Source of the DNA: Candidatus Cloacimonadota bacterium | GTDB taxonomy: Bacteria; Cloacimonadota; Cloacimonadia; Cloacimonadales; WRIO01 | Assembly: GCA_029553545.1 (NCBI GenBank) | Contig: JAKPKU010000170.1 | Location: forward strand, 4,621 to 68,620 | Direction of reading: 5' to 3' | DNA: 64,000 bases | Shown: positions 40,733 through 50,709 of the stretch, piece by piece | Layout: each line of letters begins with the position of its first letter | Position numbering within the stretch: position 1 is the stretch's first letter | Position numbers and translations under genes: made by a program | The notes under the pieces: generated by a model | Told to the model about the DNA's origin: nothing | Database searches by the model: none | Seen by the model: only the letters and a program-made list of their open reading frames with translations

Positions 40733-42487
40733 CTATTGCATCCTACCTCTTCTTTTATTCTTATTCTTTGTATCGTCAGTCTGTTTCGTTCTATTTTTCT
40801 TAAATTGTTGTCTTTGCTCGTCCTTTGCTGGTCCTTTACGATCAGGTCTTTTTCTATTATCGCCATCGAATCTCTTTTCTTTTTTCCTATCTTTAGTATC
40901 TTCTTCCGATATTTCGACAAATATGCGTCTGCCATTATAGTCTTTCTTTTTAAAGCTGTCGACAACAGTGCCAGCAAAGCTATTTTCTATTTCAAAAAAT
41001 GAGAATATATCAAGTATCTTGATTTTGCCTATTGGTATAGTACGTATGCCTGTAAGCTCATTAATTAATGCTATCAAATCGGGTGGTGTGATATTGTCTT
41101 TTTTACCAAGATTAATAAACATTCTCTCATATTTTACAGTGTTTTTAGCCTTTGGATCGTATGCATTAATATCTTCAGAGTCCTTATAGTATTCAAGAAA
41201 ACGATTGAACTCAACAGATACAAACTTCTTGATCAATTCTTCTCTGTCCATCCACTCAAGTTTACGATAAATAATTGGCAAGAAAGAGTCTATTTCTGCC
41301 TCATTGACGTCTATTTTTTCAATTTTATCTATCTGGTGAAATAGTTGCTTTTCACAGACTTCACGCCCGCTTGGAACTTTTTTAAAGGCAAACTGTTTTT
41401 TAATCTGCCTTTCGATTATTTGAATCTTTCTTTTCTCTCTCAAATTCGCAATGACAACAGAAACACCTGTCTTGCCTGCTCGTCCAGTACGTCCACTGCG
41501 ATGTGTATATATTTCCAATTCATCAGGGATATTATAATTAATCACATGAGTTAAATCGTCGACATCGATTCCACGTGCAGCCACATCCGTTGCTACGAGC
41601 AAGCTGAGCAATCTATTTCTAAATCTACCCATCACATAATCGCGTTGGTTTTGAGATAAATCACCATGCAAGGAGTCGGCATTATAGCCATCTTTAATCA
41701 ATAAATCAGCTACATCTTGCGTTTCTTGTCGTGTGCGACAAAAAACAATGCCATAGATATTTGGGTAAAAGTCAACTATTCTCTTCAAGGCATTATATCT
41801 GTCTTTGGCGCTAACCATATAGCACTCATGTTTAACCCCATCAGCGCCTGAGTTTTTTGTACCAATTCCTATTTGTTCAAAGTTTTTCAAGTATTTACGT
41901 GCAATATCCAGAATTTCATCAGGCATTGTTGCAGAAAACATTAGCGTCTTTTTATCTTTAGGGGTATCAGCTAAAATCACTTCCAAGTCTTCACGAAATC
42001 CCATATCGAGCATTTCATCAGCTTCATCGAGCACAGCAGTGCTAATATTTCTTAAATCCACTTTCTTTCTATTCATCAAGTCAATCAAGCGTCCAGGTGT
42101 TGCGACAACTATTTGCACACCATCCTTTAGGATTTTTATTTGTCTCTCAATATTTGCGCCACCAAAAATAGCAACGACATTGAGGTTCTTGATATATTTT
42201 GCATAAACACTTATATCATCAGCGACTTGTAAACATAATTCACGGGTTGGACACAATATCAAATGCTGAATATGTGTTTTTTTAGTATTTGTTTTTTCGA
42301 TTATAGGTAAGCCAAAAGCTGCCGTCTTGCCTGTTCCTGTCTGTGCTGTTACTACGAGGTCTTGGTTTTGATCATTTAATAAAAAGGGTATTACCTTTGC
42401 TTGTACGGGTGTGGGATTGATAAAACCAAGTTCATCTACTGATTTTAATATTTCCTCGCTTAAGTTCATTTCTTTAAAGTTTGACAT
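40733..42487 (-). CDS. deaD: DEAD-box ATP-dependent RNA helicase (DeaD/CsdA-like) with a basic C-terminal tail
   Basis: Q motif (F..MNL..PTPVQ), AQTGTGKT, DEAD box in VLDEADEM, SAT and HRSGRTGRAG. The start could be 42487 (MSNFKEM) or 42517. Confidence 0.9.
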   Translation of the reverse strand: MSNFKEMNLSEEILKSVDELGFINPTPVQAKVIPFLLNDQNQDLVVTAQTGTGKTAAFGLPIIEKTNTKKTHIQHLILCPTRELCLQVADDISVYAKYIKNLNVVAIFGGANIERQIKILKDGVQIVVATPGRLIDLMNRKKVDLRNISTAVLDEADEMLDMGFREDLEVILADTPKDKKTLMFSATMPDEILDIARKYLKNFEQIGIGTKNSGADGVKHECYMVSAKDRYNALKRIVDFYPNIYGIVFCRTRQETQDVADLLIKDGYNADSLHGDLSQNQRDYVMGRFRNRLLSLLVATDVAARGIDVDDLTHVINYNIPDELEIYTHRSGRTGRAGKTGVSVVIANLREKRKIQIIERQIKKQFAFKKVPSGREVCEKQLFHQIDKIEKIDVNEAEIDSFLPIIYRKLEWMDREELIKKFVSVEFNRFLEYYKDSEDINAYDPKAKNTVKYERMFINLGKKDNITPPDLIALINELTGIRTIPIGKIKILDIFSFFEIENSFAGTVVDSFKKKDYNGRRIFVEISEEDTKDRKKEKRFDGDNRKRPDRKGPAKDEQRQQFKKNRTKQTDDTKNKNKRRGRMQ

Positions 42488-42635
42488 TTTTTCTCTTTCT
42501 GTTTTCATTTTTGGCAAAACAACTAAAAAAGGTAGTTTTATCTTTAAAAGTTATTACTATTGCATCAATATAAAGCATTGTCTTTTTGTCAATAAAAATC
42601 AACGCTTTTATAAATATTTTTTTAAAAGGAGTTTA

Positions 42636-43784
42636 TTATCCTATTGAAATCAATGGAACATAAAGCTCATCATCAGACAATCCGCCGTGAAAGCCGACGA
42701 AGTTACTGGGCTTTTCATTGTAAATTGGGTCGAGTAATACGTAATTTTCGTGCATAAAAATAATATAATCGCCCACGCGATCGATAAGTTTCTGGTTCAT
42801 CTCACCCACCCCAAAGAGTTGCATATCTAAAGCCTCTTTTTGGCTCAATATGCTACAGTACTGAGAAAACTCATTCTTCATAAAGCTTTCAAAAGCATCT
42901 GCCTCCGCGGGGCGTACATAACAAAATGGAACTCTATTTTCGCCACACAAGGGCAATATCAAGGCATCTGATATTTCTGGATAGTCTTTAACATAAAGCT
43001 TTTTGTTTGGTTCAACATCGACCATACCATGATCTGCAGTAATAAGAAAAAGCGTTTTCCCATCTGCATATTGATCTATCAGAGCATTTAACTTATTATC
43101 AATCTTAATAAACAAGTCCTTTGCCTCAGGAGAATTAATCCCATAGACATGGGCAGTTGCATCTAAGAAAGGATAATATGCCAAAATCATATTAGCTCCA
43201 TTTGCACTATCTTTGATCTGTGTTTCTAATGTAGTAAAAAAGTCTTTATGCCCTTCGTAAGCGACTTTATGTGGTGAGTTAAAGCTATGCTTTGAATAGG
43301 CAGAATTAATTGTTTCATTGGGAAAAATCACGCGATAAGGTATATTATTTTTATCAAAAGCATTTTCGTGATTAAAGATATCAGCGCCAAGCACGCCCAT
43401 TTCATCGAAAGGTATTTTACTAAAGCGCGGTGCAAAAGGCAATGAAACAGCAGCTGATGCCAATTCTTTGAAATACATATACCACCCCGTCATCGCATGC
43501 TGCAAAGGCGCTTGGGCGGTGAGAAAGCTTGTCACAGCGCTCGATGTAGTCGTAGGAAATACTGAGCTCAGCTTGCCAACCATTTTTTGGTATAAAAAGC
43601 TGTCTTGCTGCTTACTTAGAAAACTATGTCCCAGTGCATCTATCACAATGCAAACAATGTTTTTATACTTTTTGAGATCGACTTTTAAACTATTCAAAGG
43701 TTGATAGTTATTTTGACAATCAAAAGCACCCAGTATGCTTGACATGAGATTTACAATACTGTTTTGGTAATCAGGTCTATTCAT
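42636..43784 (-). CDS. Alkaline-phosphatase-superfamily protein (type I phosphodiesterase/nucleotide pyrophosphatase-like)
   Basis: Motifs VIDALGHSF, FPTTTSSAVTSFLT..P..HAM (nucleophile Thr region) and TADHGM. Confidence 0.7.
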   Translation of the reverse strand: MNRPDYQNSIVNLMSSILGAFDCQNNYQPLNSLKVDLKKYKNIVCIVIDALGHSFLSKQQDSFLYQKMVGKLSSVFPTTTSSAVTSFLTAQAPLQHAMTGWYMYFKELASAAVSLPFAPRFSKIPFDEMGVLGADIFNHENAFDKNNIPYRVIFPNETINSAYSKHSFNSPHKVAYEGHKDFFTTLETQIKDSANGANMILAYYPFLDATAHVYGINSPEAKDLFIKIDNKLNALIDQYADGKTLFLITADHGMVDVEPNKKLYVKDYPEISDALILPLCGENRVPFCYVRPAEADAFESFMKNEFSQYCSILSQKEALDMQLFGVGEMNQKLIDRVGDYIIFMHENYVLLDPIYNEKPSNFVGFHGGLSDDELYVPLISIG

Positions 43785-43889
43785 TATTCTGTCTCCTATA
43801 AGCCATATAAATCAATTGAATCATTATGTCAAATAAAAATTCTTTATTTAATCAGATTAATCATAAAAGGCATTTTTTGTCTTGAAACA

Positions 43890-44140
43890 TACGAGGCTTT
43901 TGCATAATCTCATAATAAAAATTTGCTCAATCATCATAACAACAAAATATAATAGAGGCTACTCTTTTCTCTTTCAAAAAAATCATAATAAATCTCCTTT
44001 TCACTCCCTTTAGATTCCTATAAGATTACCTTTCATTCTCCAAGATAGCAAGGGGAATGCAAGGGTAGCCCAATAGATAATTTACTGTTAAATAGTCAAA
44101 TACAACAAAGAGAAAAAAAATCAAAGAAAAGAGAGAAAAA
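43890..44140 (-). repeat. Dispersed repeat X, copy A (reverse orientation relative to copy B)
   Basis: The reverse complement aligns with 63050-63310 over about 250 nt. The alignment includes the long hairpin core (43994-44065) and gagattatgcaaaagcctc. Confidence 0.75.
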
Positions 44141-44311
44141 CTGAGTAAAAAAGTGGAAATATTGGATTTTTTTTGCAATTATTTATGTTTAAAAAAAGAT
44201 TTTTAGCCTCTATATTTTTCAAAAAAGGAAGATTTAGCTTTCAGATCTACTGTCACTATATACCGTGAAATGCTTTATTGTTTACGAATTACAAATAATT
44301 AATAATATTTG

Positions 44312-44340
44312 TTGACAATATAATTGCTTTAAAATATAAT
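44312..44340 (+). promoter_or_regulatory. Consensus sigma70 promoter
   Basis: TTGACA, exactly 17 nt, TATAAT. The track ATG at 44339 lies inside the -10 box, so the CDS must start further downstream. Confidence 0.7.
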
Positions 44341-44368
44341 GCTTTACAATAATATTAATGGAGCTTTT

Positions 44369-45502
44369 ATGAAAAAAATACAAACAATAATAAAGCAATT
44401 GGACTTCTTTGCAGACATTTCAGAAGAGGCTTTAAACGAAGTATCTTCAAGATTTACCTTAGAAAAATTTGCACCAGGAGAGACAATCTTTGAAGAGTTT
44501 TCTACAGGAGATAGCTTTTTTATTATTATAGAGGGCGAAGTTGAAGTCAGCAAGCATGTCGGTCAAAGTATTGAAACCACCCAAGCAGAACTTGATGTAT
44601 TAGGACCATACAGTTATTTTGGAGAAATGGCTCTGGTCGATGATTACCCACGCTCAGCGACTATTAGGGCTCGTACCGATATTGTTCTTTTAAAAATGAC
44701 CAAAAGAACTTTTATTGATTTATGTATGCAATACCCAATGTTGCTTTTTAACTTGATGAAGACAATATCTCACCGCCTTCGTAGCACAAACCAAAAGTTT
44801 GTAGAAATAGTTGATCGCTTAATAAAAGAAAGCCGTATGGCAGCAATTGGCACAGCAGCAAGCAAAATTGTTCATGATATCAAGACTCCCATCACTGTGA
44901 TTATACTAACAGCTGAGTTGATTGCCAGTCTTTATGAAGAGTCAGAAGAATTTACGGAAAAAATAATCAGCCAAGCGAAGAATCTTGATGAAATGATTCG
45001 CGAAATACTCGATTATGCCCGTGGAGAGCAGAGCGTTCTTGCACTCAAAGAAATAGACCTTGATGATTTTTTCAATAATTTAATGGTACCTATGCAAGCT
45101 ATTGCTGAAGCGCATGAAGTAAAATTGACTTTTAAAAATAATGTGAAGCAAAAGGTTGTTTTTGATGAAGGTAGAATAAAACGTTGTCTTTCAAACCTAA
45201 TAAAAAATGCGATAGAAGCAATCAATGAAGGAGATTCTGTTCATGTCGATGCAACTGTTGAAACTAATAATCTTGAAATATCAGTTCAAGACACGGGTGC
45301 AGGCATACCATTGGAATTAATAGATTCTTTATTTGAGCCATTTGTCACCAAAGGTAAAAAAGGTGGTACAGGTTTAGGCTTGGCAATAAGCAAAAAAATC
45401 ATCGAAGATCATCGTGGAAAACTTGAAATAACTAATACACCAAATTCGGGTGCATGCTTTACAGTCATTATTCCATTAATAAAATTTAGTAAAAAGAAAT
45501 AA
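44369..45502 (+). CDS. Cyclic-nucleotide-binding domain histidine kinase (soluble, orphan)
   Basis: N-terminal cNMP-binding fold (FGEMALVDD.PRSATIRA), H-box VHDIKTP, HATPase_c (GTGLGLAISKKI). Start at 44369 behind the RBS ggag. Confidence 0.8.
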   Translation: MKKIQTIIKQLDFFADISEEALNEVSSRFTLEKFAPGETIFEEFSTGDSFFIIIEGEVEVSKHVGQSIETTQAELDVLGPYSYFGEMALVDDYPRSATIRARTDIVLLKMTKRTFIDLCMQYPMLLFNLMKTISHRLRSTNQKFVEIVDRLIKESRMAAIGTAASKIVHDIKTPITVIILTAELIASLYEESEEFTEKIISQAKNLDEMIREILDYARGEQSVLALKEIDLDDFFNNLMVPMQAIAEAHEVKLTFKNNVKQKVVFDEGRIKRCLSNLIKNAIEAINEGDSVHVDATVETNNLEISVQDTGAGIPLELIDSLFEPFVTKGKKGGTGLGLAISKKIIEDHRGKLEITNTPNSGACFTVIIPLIKFSKKK

Positions 45503-45569
45503 ATTACTTGCCAAAATAACACGATTTGTTTTTTTGGTTTAAAGATAGAAGTGAAGGAGAAGGTGAACT

Positions 45570-45761
45570 ATGGCAATCATGTGTGATATTTGCGGTAAAA
45601 AACCTTTAAACGGTAATCTTCGCTCTCACTCAATGAGAGCTTCTAAAAGAAGATTTTTACCTAATTTGCAAAAAATTAGAGCAGAAATAGATGGCGAAGC
45701 TAAAAATATTAAAATCTGCACTGCTTGTTTAAAGAAAAACACTATTAAAAAAATTGTTTAA
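45570..45761 (+). CDS. rpmB: 50S ribosomal protein L28
   Basis: 63 aa with CDICGKK...RSHSMRASKRRFLPNLQ and a second Cys pair, CTAC (zinc-ribbon form). Confidence 0.9.
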   Translation: MAIMCDICGKKPLNGNLRSHSMRASKRRFLPNLQKIRAEIDGEAKNIKICTACLKKNTIKKIV

Positions 45762-45767
45762 TTTTTT

Positions 45768-45794
45768 AGACCGTTATTAAACGGTCTTTTTTTT
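45768..45794 (+). terminator. Rho-independent terminator
   Basis: Stem agaccgtt/aacggtct followed by tttttttt. Confidence 0.8.
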
Positions 45795-45831
45795 AAATCT
45801 TGTATTTTGACAAAAATAAATAGGAGGACTT

Positions 45832-46314
45832 ATGGAAATTATTATTGAAAACATTAATTATCCCGAAGGTGCAAATATTATTTATGGGCAATCTCACTTT
45901 ATAAAAACTGTCGAAGATCTCTATGAAGCAATGATAAATTCTGCACCTAATGCTAAATTTGGCTTAGCATTCAATGAAGCGTCTGGTCCTTGCTTGATCA
46001 GAAAAGATGGAAATGACAATGAGCTCACAGATCTCGCTGCACAAATTCAAAAAAAACTCGGCGCAGGACACACTTTTATTATCATTATGCAAAACTGCTT
46101 CCCAATACAAGTCTTACCCGCTATTAAAGAATGTAGAGAAGTGGTGAATATTTTCTGCGCAACAGGTAATCCTGTGCAAGTTATTATGGCTCAAACCGAG
46201 CAAGGACGCGGAGTACTCGGCGTTATTGATGGCAATTCTCCCAAAGGTATCGAGCTCGACTCAGATATCTTTAATAGAAAGAACTTCTTGATAAATATTG
46301 GATATAAAAGATAG
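45832..46314 (+). CDS. Adenosine-specific kinase family protein (former DUF355)
   Basis: 160 aa. GQSHFIKTVEDL, FGLAFNEASGPCL, AGHTF, CATGNPV and GVIDG match my recollection of the Adenosine_kin family pattern. Confidence 0.65.
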   Translation: MEIIIENINYPEGANIIYGQSHFIKTVEDLYEAMINSAPNAKFGLAFNEASGPCLIRKDGNDNELTDLAAQIQKKLGAGHTFIIIMQNCFPIQVLPAIKECREVVNIFCATGNPVQVIMAQTEQGRGVLGVIDGNSPKGIELDSDIFNRKNFLINIGYKR

Positions 46315-46340
46315 AATAGCTCATAAATTATAATAATTAG

Positions 46341-46377
46341 ACAGCCAATTTCACTCTGTGAAGTTGGCTGTTTTTTT
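46341..46377 (+). terminator. Rho-independent terminator
   Basis: 14-bp stem acagccaatttcac/gtgaagttggctgt with one mismatch, followed by ttttttt. Confidence 0.8.
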
Positions 46378-46399
46378 GATTCGTGTCAAAGAGGCAAAT

Positions 46400-46427
46400 A
46401 AAAAAAAGCCGCAGCTGCGGCTTTTTC
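46400..46427. terminator. Palindromic bidirectional terminator
   Basis: Perfect palindrome agccgcagctgcggct with an A-run on the left and a T-run on the right. On the minus strand it closes a ~200-nt untranslated stretch after the porin-like gene. Confidence 0.7.
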
Positions 46428-46627
46428 TTTTGTTACAAAACTCTCCATCCGATCGCTTCTGAATCCTCTTGTTTGATTATATGATTCTATGTGCATACTA
46501 CTTTGTAAATGTGCTTTGGACACTGATGTGCGTATTGTTTTTTGGGATCCAATTATTGGCACATCGTTCTTCATCAGAAGGCGTATTTTGTGACTCTTTC
46601 ACGACTCCTTTTCATCATTTAACCTCT

Positions 46628-47230
46628 TTAAAACACAATATTGAGATTACATGACAATGTTGAATTGGTAGCACCGATAATGCTGTTTTTAAATATGTTA
46701 GTGAGACCTTTTGTATAGTTCACACCTAATATTAGTCTCTTTTGGAGGACAAAATCGACGCCTAAATTCATTCCTAAATCCAATAATTCCACTTCTTTTG
46801 TGATATCGGTACGTTTTTTCTCATACTCTGAGATTCCTTTGAGAAGAATGGCTGGAGATAAGCCAATGAATGGTTGCATCTCTACCTTTTCATGCTTTGA
46901 TCTGATTCTATACTTTGCATGTACAGGGAGCTCTAAATACCTTAATTCGGTAATAGCTGAGCCATCGAGAGTCTTCGATTTGTCTCCTTTGATGGAAAAT
47001 AGCATGTCTATGCCTAATAAAGAGTTGTCCCCGAGCTGCTCCAGCATAAACAAACCAGCGAAATATCCTGTTCGATTATTGGTATCACGATTATCTCCAT
47101 CATATGCTATTCTTGTTATATTTACACCACCTTTTACCCCAATAAGTCTGTATTTTTCATCCTTTGCCTCTTGACAAAATAGATTAGATATTAATGCGAT
47201 CGCTATTAGAAGTAAGATTGTCTTTTTCAT
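46628..47230 (-). CDS. Outer-membrane beta-barrel protein (small porin / PorT-OmpA-like barrel family)
   Basis: Signal peptide, alternating amphipathic strands, and a C-terminal ..LNIVF ending in an aromatic residue. 200 aa. Confidence 0.6.
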   Translation of the reverse strand: MKKTILLLIAIALISNLFCQEAKDEKYRLIGVKGGVNITRIAYDGDNRDTNNRTGYFAGLFMLEQLGDNSLLGIDMLFSIKGDKSKTLDGSAITELRYLELPVHAKYRIRSKHEKVEMQPFIGLSPAILLKGISEYEKKRTDITKEVELLDLGMNLGVDFVLQKRLILGVNYTKGLTNIFKNSIIGATNSTLSCNLNIVF

Positions 47231-47970
47231 GCTACAGCTCCTTTTTGTATTAACCAGTCGAAGAAGAGATCTATCTCAGTGTTGAGGTTGTTTTGGTGGC
47301 GGTCATATATACCTTTGACATAGTTGCTTAGATGGTAATCATCTGAGAGTTTTAACCCCTCTTTTTGCTCGTCGGTGAAATAGTTCATCAAGTCAGCCAC
47401 ATACAAACCATAACGGCTGTACATGTCTAAATGGTCACTGTAAGATGAGTCTTCGCTTGGACAAGAAAAGAAATAGCCTGTATAGCTATTTACCAGGTCT
47501 TCTACCTCTCCTTTTTCAGGCAATCTCGCCCGAAAAAAGAATGCGTCTGTTGATTTCATTATTTGCCTCCATTGTATTTTGGGAACTGCTTTCAGGAGCT
47601 GCTCCTTAGTGTTAATATTAAAATCATCATCAAAAGAAAAGCTTGTGATGATAGTATTATTGGTCAGGTCAAAGATTGAGAATAGATGAGGACTTGAGCC
47701 ACTCTGTACGTCCCTTCGAATCAAAAGAAGATGAAGATATAGAGTGTCTCTATTGATACCTAATATGATATCTCTGCCTGCTTTGCAGATATTATCAAAG
47801 AGCAACTTGTTATACTCGCTGATCTCCATGTCCTCTCCATACTTCTTGTGGTTCCTCATGAGGGTACTCCCATTCTGCTCCCATTTAGCTTTTAATGATG
47901 ACTGGTGAGCTTTTTCTACGATATCTGATCCGATATTCTTTTTATTATATAGCATGTTATTTGTCAACAT
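47227..47970 (-). CDS. Hypothetical cytoplasmic protein, translationally coupled to the barrel gene
   Basis: No signal peptide and no recognised family. Its stop overlaps the next start (ATGA). The likely start is 47970 (MLTNN) behind gaggag rather than 47988. Confidence 0.5.
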   Translation of the reverse strand: MLTNNMLYNKKNIGSDIVEKAHQSSLKAKWEQNGSTLMRNHKKYGEDMEISEYNKLLFDNICKAGRDIILGINRDTLYLHLLLIRRDVQSGSSPHLFSIFDLTNNTIITSFSFDDDFNINTKEQLLKAVPKIQWRQIMKSTDAFFFRARLPEKGEVEDLVNSYTGYFFSCPSEDSSYSDHLDMYSRYGLYVADLMNYFTDEQKEGLKLSDDYHLSNYVKGIYDRHQNNLNTEIDLFFDWLIQKGAVA

Positions 47971-48246
47971 CTTTTTTTGGCTCCTCAAAAGTAATAAAAG
48001 TGGCTCTGCAATTGTGTGATACTACGGTAGAATAGTAGCAAGTTCAGATGTCGGTTTGCCTGCTATGCCATGTATTGCATCTGGATTGGGTAATACATTA
48101 CCTGTCCCTTTGACACTTAAAATTTAGTGGATTATAGTGAGTTATTAACTGTTATAAAAAAATACTGCATTTTGCATTAAACTTTTCTATTGACAAAACA
48201 CAGCTTTTTAACACATAGTAATTAGAGATTATTTTTAGGGGTTTAA

Positions 48247-50709
48247 ATGAAAAATATAAAAAGCGATATCAAAAAAAGCATATTATTTGCATTGCTCTTA
48301 TTGCTTTTGTCTATCTTCTCTTTACATGCAGAAGAGAGGATAGTTCTAAAAGTCTTTGAATTGCCTGATCCACAAAAGACAGATGCCTATACAAAGGCAA
48401 ACAGCAATGTGATAAAAGCCTTTAGAGAAAAGTACCCCTATATCGAGCTACGTGCATTTTCTGGTATCAAGATAGAGAATATGGATCTCGACTCGGGTCC
48501 ATTGATGGCTATTGCTGGCGGTGTAGCGCCTGATATTATCTATGTAAACTTCAGACAGAGCGATACTTATATACAGAATAATTTCTTATATCCACTTGAT
48601 GAATTTATAGCAAAAGAGCCTGCTGAGTCAATGGACTTACGTGTAGAAAAGCCTGTTTGGCAGGTGATCAAGCGTAAGAAAAAGGGGGAATCTGACGAGA
48701 AAGTCTGGATGCTGCCCTATGAGACTCTGGTGCGTGTATTAATGTATCGTAAAGACACGTTCAAGCGGGCAGGGCTCAATGCCAATACGCCTCCGACAAA
48801 TTGGGAAGAGTTTCGTGAATACGCAAAGATACTGAGTAACCCAAGCGAAGGGAATTTTGGGACTGTTTTAGCAGGCGGACCCCAAGCAGCTTATGATTGG
48901 TTGCCTTTCTTGTGGGCGGCGGGTGGTGATGCAGTTGTATTTGACGAAGAAAAGCAGGTTTGGAAAGCATCTTTTGCCAGTGAGGCAGGCATAACTGCAA
49001 TGGAGTATTATCTGAGCCTTTTGACTGAGAAATGGCAAGATAAAAAGGGGCGCACCCAAGAAGGCTATGCAATGCGTGAGGGTGACTGGGGCTATTTGTG
49101 GGAAGAGGGCAAAATTGGCATGCGTATGGACTACCTTTCTCAGCAGAATATGGGTGGTAAATATGATCCCAACCTCTTTGGCTTTGCACCAAGCCCTGCA
49201 GGTCCCTCAGGGGCTGGTGGCAGTGAAATAAACTGCCGTATGATGGGGATATTCTCGCAAGCAGGCATCAGCAATAATGCAGGTATGGGCGACCGAGACC
49301 CAGTAAAGGTCCGTGATGGGGCTTGGAAATTTATACAGTTTTATGATAGTGAAGAGGCACGCCAGATACGCCTCAAAGTGATGATAGAAAATGGCTATGG
49401 TAAAATGCAAAACCCTGTTTTTCTCAAACGCTATGGCTATGAAGATTATTTAAAATACGCCCCACAAGGCTGGTTGGAGACATTTGAAAAAGCAATGAAT
49501 GAAGGCAAGCCTGAACCCTTTGGCGATAATTGTCAAAAGGTCTATGAATTTATGACTTATCCATTGGATGAGTTGGTGAATTTAGACTTAAAAGGAAGAT
49601 TGGGCACCGATCCTGAAGCAAGAAGAAAAAAGATCGCAGAAGTTTTAACAAAAGCTGAAGAACGAACAAATATCGAGATGATTGGCACCTTGCCTGAGAA
49701 TGTCCGCTCGCAAAGGCAAAGGCTCGCCTCTGTCATTGCAGCACTCATTCTATTCTTCTTTGCCTTTACACTCTGGCGTGTGTGGCGAATCTTAGCACCC
49801 CAACAAGAACATTATGAAAACAAAAAGAGTAAGCATTTAGTCTTAATTTCTCTGCTCCTGGCACCAGCAATTATCAGTGTCTTTGTCTGGAAATATGTAC
49901 CGATGGTGACAGGCTCATTGATGGCAGTGCAAGACTTTAAGCTTGTAGGTGATAGCCCCTTTACAGGCTTTGCTAATCTGGCAGAAGTACTATTCGATCA
50001 GACTTGGTGGGCATCTGTCGGTAAAACGCTTTACTATATGTTTTTAAGCCTTGGTTTAGGCTTTTTGCCTCCAATATTATTAGCCATACTATTGCAAGAA
50101 GTATCGCATGGCAAAGTACTCTATCGCGTGATTTATTATTTGCCAGCTGTAATCAGTGGCGTAATAGTTATTTATCTTTGGAAACTGTTGTACAATCCAA
50201 CTGATGCAGGTATATTAAATCAAATCTTGATGAGTATAGGCTTGCCAAAGAGCATGTGGATAAAAGACGAGAGCCTTGCCATGCTCTGCATCGTCATACC
50301 AGGCATTTGGGCAGGTATGGGACCAGGCAGTCTCATCTATCTGGCAGCCTTGAAGAATATTCCCAATGATCTCTATGAAGCGGCGGATTTGGACGGAGCA
50401 GGCTTTGTTCAAAAGATTAGGCATATAGTCTTCCCCAGCCTAAAAGGCTTGATTATCATCCAGTTTATCGCAGCCTTTATAGTTGCAGCACAGACGAGTG
50501 ACTTTATTCTGGTAATGACCTTTGGTGGACCTAATGAGGCTACACGTGTGGCAGATCTTTTAATCTTTGAAAAGGCTTATTTATATCTTAAATTTGGCTT
50601 AGCAACGACCATGGCATGGCTTTTGAGCCTCTTGATGATGGGCTTCACAGTGATGCAGATCAAGTATATCTCAAAAATGGAATTTAGTACAGCGAAAGAG
50701 GATGATTGA
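48247..50709 (+). CDS. Fusion protein: sugar ABC substrate-binding domain plus MalF-like permease domain
   Basis: An N-terminal signal peptide and ~480 aa of SBP family 1-like sequence are followed by 6 predicted TM helices. The permease EAA loop is EAADLDGAGFVQKIRHIVFPSL. It is a single uninterrupted 820-aa frame. Confidence 0.8.
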   Translation: MKNIKSDIKKSILFALLLLLLSIFSLHAEERIVLKVFELPDPQKTDAYTKANSNVIKAFREKYPYIELRAFSGIKIENMDLDSGPLMAIAGGVAPDIIYVNFRQSDTYIQNNFLYPLDEFIAKEPAESMDLRVEKPVWQVIKRKKKGESDEKVWMLPYETLVRVLMYRKDTFKRAGLNANTPPTNWEEFREYAKILSNPSEGNFGTVLAGGPQAAYDWLPFLWAAGGDAVVFDEEKQVWKASFASEAGITAMEYYLSLLTEKWQDKKGRTQEGYAMREGDWGYLWEEGKIGMRMDYLSQQNMGGKYDPNLFGFAPSPAGPSGAGGSEINCRMMGIFSQAGISNNAGMGDRDPVKVRDGAWKFIQFYDSEEARQIRLKVMIENGYGKMQNPVFLKRYGYEDYLKYAPQGWLETFEKAMNEGKPEPFGDNCQKVYEFMTYPLDELVNLDLKGRLGTDPEARRKKIAEVLTKAEERTNIEMIGTLPENVRSQRQRLASVIAALILFFFAFTLWRVWRILAPQQEHYENKKSKHLVLISLLLAPAIISVFVWKYVPMVTGSLMAVQDFKLVGDSPFTGFANLAEVLFDQTWWASVGKTLYYMFLSLGLGFLPPILLAILLQEVSHGKVLYRVIYYLPAVISGVIVIYLWKLLYNPTDAGILNQILMSIGLPKSMWIKDESLAMLCIVIPGIWAGMGPGSLIYLAALKNIPNDLYEAADLDGAGFVQKIRHIVFPSLKGLIIIQFIAAFIVAAQTSDFILVMTFGGPNEATRVADLLIFEKAYLYLKFGLATTMAWLLSLLMMGFTVMQIKYISKMEFSTAKEDD

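Noticed and set aside
40698-41189. Several 73-88-aa ORFs on both strands at the 3' end of the helicase gene.
   Set aside because: They overlap the lysine/arginine/glutamate-rich low-complexity tail of the DEAD-box helicase, and its biased composition keeps alternative frames open.
42636-43784. Alkaline-phosphatase-fold protein as a PglZ/BREX component.
   Set aside because: - No BREX or other defence genes are adjacent.
- Its motifs fit a generic type I phosphodiesterase/nucleotide pyrophosphatase.
- It is a single gene with its own RBS, between a helicase and a kinase.
44339-44368. Upstream start codons offered by the ORF track at 44339, 19306, 24654, 32983, 47988, 59626 and 59848.
   Set aside because: - Each lacks an SD.
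- Each also lies inside the preceding gene or, for 44339, inside the -10 box of a consensus promoter.
- Downstream in-frame starts with GGAG-type RBSs were preferred. For 42517 versus 42487 the choice stays open.
46386-46574. 62-aa ORF in the interval between the adenosine-kinase-like gene and the barrel gene.
   Set aside because: - It reads straight through the palindromic terminator, giving the AAAAA run in the peptide.
- It has no RBS.
- It has no plausible promoter.
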